From Mobula hypostoma (Eukaryota), in NCBI RefSeq assembly GCF_963921235.1, contig NC_086101.1, forward strand, positions 4,094,001 to 4,158,000: a stretch of 64,000 nucleotides of DNA, read 5' to 3'. This document shows, piece by piece, positions 62,170-64,000 of this stretch; the first letter of the stretch is position 1; each line of letters opens with the position of its first letter. Under the pieces are notes generated by a model, which ran no database searches, had not been told where the DNA came from, and saw only the letters and a list, made by a program, of their open reading frames with translations. The position numbers were made by a program, and so were the translations under genes.

Positions 62170-62560
62170 CACCCAGAATGCTGAAGGAACTCAGCAGGTC
62201 AGGCAGCATCAATGGAGGGGAATAAACAGTCAATGTTTCGGGCTGAGACCCTTCATCAGGACTGGAAAGGAAGGGGGCAGAAGATGCTAATAGACTTGCA
62301 GGTGAAGTGTTGCCTCACCTGGAAGGAATGCTTTGATGGTGAGGAACAGGGGGTGCTCTCTCCTACTCACACAGATAAGGTGGGGAGCAGGAAGGAGCGA
62401 GTGGACAAGGGATTCACGAAAAGAGTGATCCATACGGACAGTGGAGAGTGTGGGGTGGAGTGATGCGGAGGGAAAGATGTGTTTAGCGGCAGTATCCCGT
62501 TGAAGGAGACAGAAAGTTGAGGAGAAGGATATGCTGGGTATGGAGGCAAAATCCAGCAGA
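62170..62560 (-). mobile_element. Degenerate Penelope-like fragment with hammerhead motif (62227-62264)
   Basis: cagtc-CTGATGA-agggtctcagccc-GAAACATT-gactg; SFQVRQHFTC motif. Confidence 0.75.
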
Positions 62561-62614
62561 ATTTATTGCCGTTTTCTGCAACACCGAGTCACCTTTGGGG
62601 AAGATATAGATAGG

Positions 62615-62972
62615 TAGAATAGTACAGCACAGTACAGGCCCTTCAGCCCACAATGTTGTGCTGACCCTCAAACACTGCCTCCCATATAAGCCCCCAGCTT
62701 AAATTCCTCCATATACCTGTCCAGTAGTCTCTTAAACTTCACTAGTGTATCTGCCTCCACCACTGACTCAGGCAGTGCATTCCACGCACCAACCACTCTC
62801 TGAGTAAAAAACCTTCCTCTAATATCCCCCTTGAACTTCCCACCCCTTACCTTAAAGCCATGTACTGAGCAGTGGTGCCCTGGGGAAGAGGTGCTGGCTA
62901 TCCACCCTATCTATTCCTCTTATTATCTTGTACACCTCTATCATGTCTCCTCTCAAACTCCGTCTCTCCAAT
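62615..62972 (-). mobile_element. CR1 3' end, inverted copy of the 59197-62025 subfamily
   Basis: RGDMIEVYKIIRGIDRVDSQHLFPRAPLL. Confidence 0.88.
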
Positions 62973-63249
62973 ATAGAAACAGGAGTAGGCCATTCGGTCC
63001 TTTGATCCTGTCCCACCATCCATTCACAAATGAAATGAAATATCTTTATTGTCATTGCATAGTACAATTTGTCATGCACCAATACAGCGAAAATGAGTTT
63101 ACAACTCTCGTACTCAATGCTATAAAACAACAAATAAAATATAAAAACAATAAATGAAATCAGGTTATCAGCCAGTACAAGCAACATCCAGCAGTACAAA
63201 AGCACAACTCAGATGCATGACAGTCTTAAAACCAGTATTAAAGTAGTAA

Positions 63250-64000
63250 TATAACAATTTATAGATGATGCTTAATCGATTGGTTCACAGCAATTATAGA
63301 TCTGGGGAAAAAGCTATTTTTCAGTCTGGAAGTGCGGGCATAGAAAATTTTATAACGTCTGCCGGATGGAAAAAGTTCAAACAGATGATTGCATGGGTGT
63401 GTATTGTCCTTACAGATGCTTGTAACTTTCCTCAGGCAGCGAGAGCTGTAGGTGTCCTCCAGGGCTGGGAGCTGTGTCGCGATGATCTTCTGTGGGCTGG
63501 AGACGACCCGCTGAAGTGCTTTCCTATCAGCTGCTGTACAACTGAGATACCACACAGAGATGCAGTATGTTAAGATGCTCTCTATGGTGCAGCGGTAAAA
63601 GGTCACCAGCATCTGTTCAGGGAGACCAGCTTTCTTCAGCGTCCTGAAGAAAAACAAGCGTTGCTGTGCTTTCTTAACTATTGTTGTGGTGTTAGTGTAT
63701 TCCCAGAAACCTGAAACTGGACACTCTCTCCACTATGTCTCCGTTAATGTAGACTGGAGCGTACTTATCATCCTGTGACTTTCCAAAGTTGATAATTAGC
63801 TCCTTCGTTTTTGCTGTATTAAGAGACAGGTTGTTCTCTGAGCACCAGCTCACTAAGTTCTGTACCTCCGCTCTGTACGCTGATTCGTCTCTGTTGGAGA
63901 TCAACCCGATCACTGTTGTGTCATCTGCAAATTTGACAATGGTATTGGCGTTACATGCAGGTACACAGTCGTAAGTGAAGAGGGAGTAGAGTATGGGACT
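63250..64000 (-). mobile_element. Rex1/Babar-like LINE RT 3' portion (continues beyond the window)
   Basis: KFADDTTVIGLIS, NLSLNTAKTKEL, FYRCTIESIL, SGRRY and NSFFP motifs. Confidence 0.9.

Overview
Eukaryotic, repeat-saturated intronic DNA, most likely from a cartilaginous fish such as a ray (inferred from the repeat repertoire, not proven). The only host gene visible is a minus-strand complement factor B / C2 (Bf/C2) family gene. Five internal exons (58725-58814, 40074-40211, 33623-33747, 13558-13672, 10613-10763; 619 coding nt) have GT-AG borders and compatible phases. They splice into one open frame covering the end of the vWA domain and the first half of the serine protease domain (TAAHC His, YDYDIAL Asp). 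The gene continues past both window edges. The introns (about 18.5, 6.3, 20.0 and 2.8 kb) are filled with nested mobile elements: many CR1 LINEs (some near-intact, some with esterase ORF1), Rex1/Babar-like and R4/Dong-like LINE pieces, Penelope-like elements, Gypsy fragments and solo LTRs with TSDs, tRNA SINEs, hAT, mariner and Tigger elements, and two kinds of satellite. Best second-look items: (1) about ten minimal hammerhead-ribozyme motifs in Penelope-derived units, several in 126-355 bp mini-elements with TSDs; (2) two related Gypsy elements facing each other inside a split GGATCA satellite; (3) a chimeric Tigger element closely resembling mammalian Tigger3 and Tigger4 as recalled; (4) a strong 5' splice site upstream of ORF1 in four CR1 copies. 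No prokaryote-type system (CRISPR etc.) is present. Repeat boundaries without a stated TSD are approximate, and family names come from recall, not database searches.
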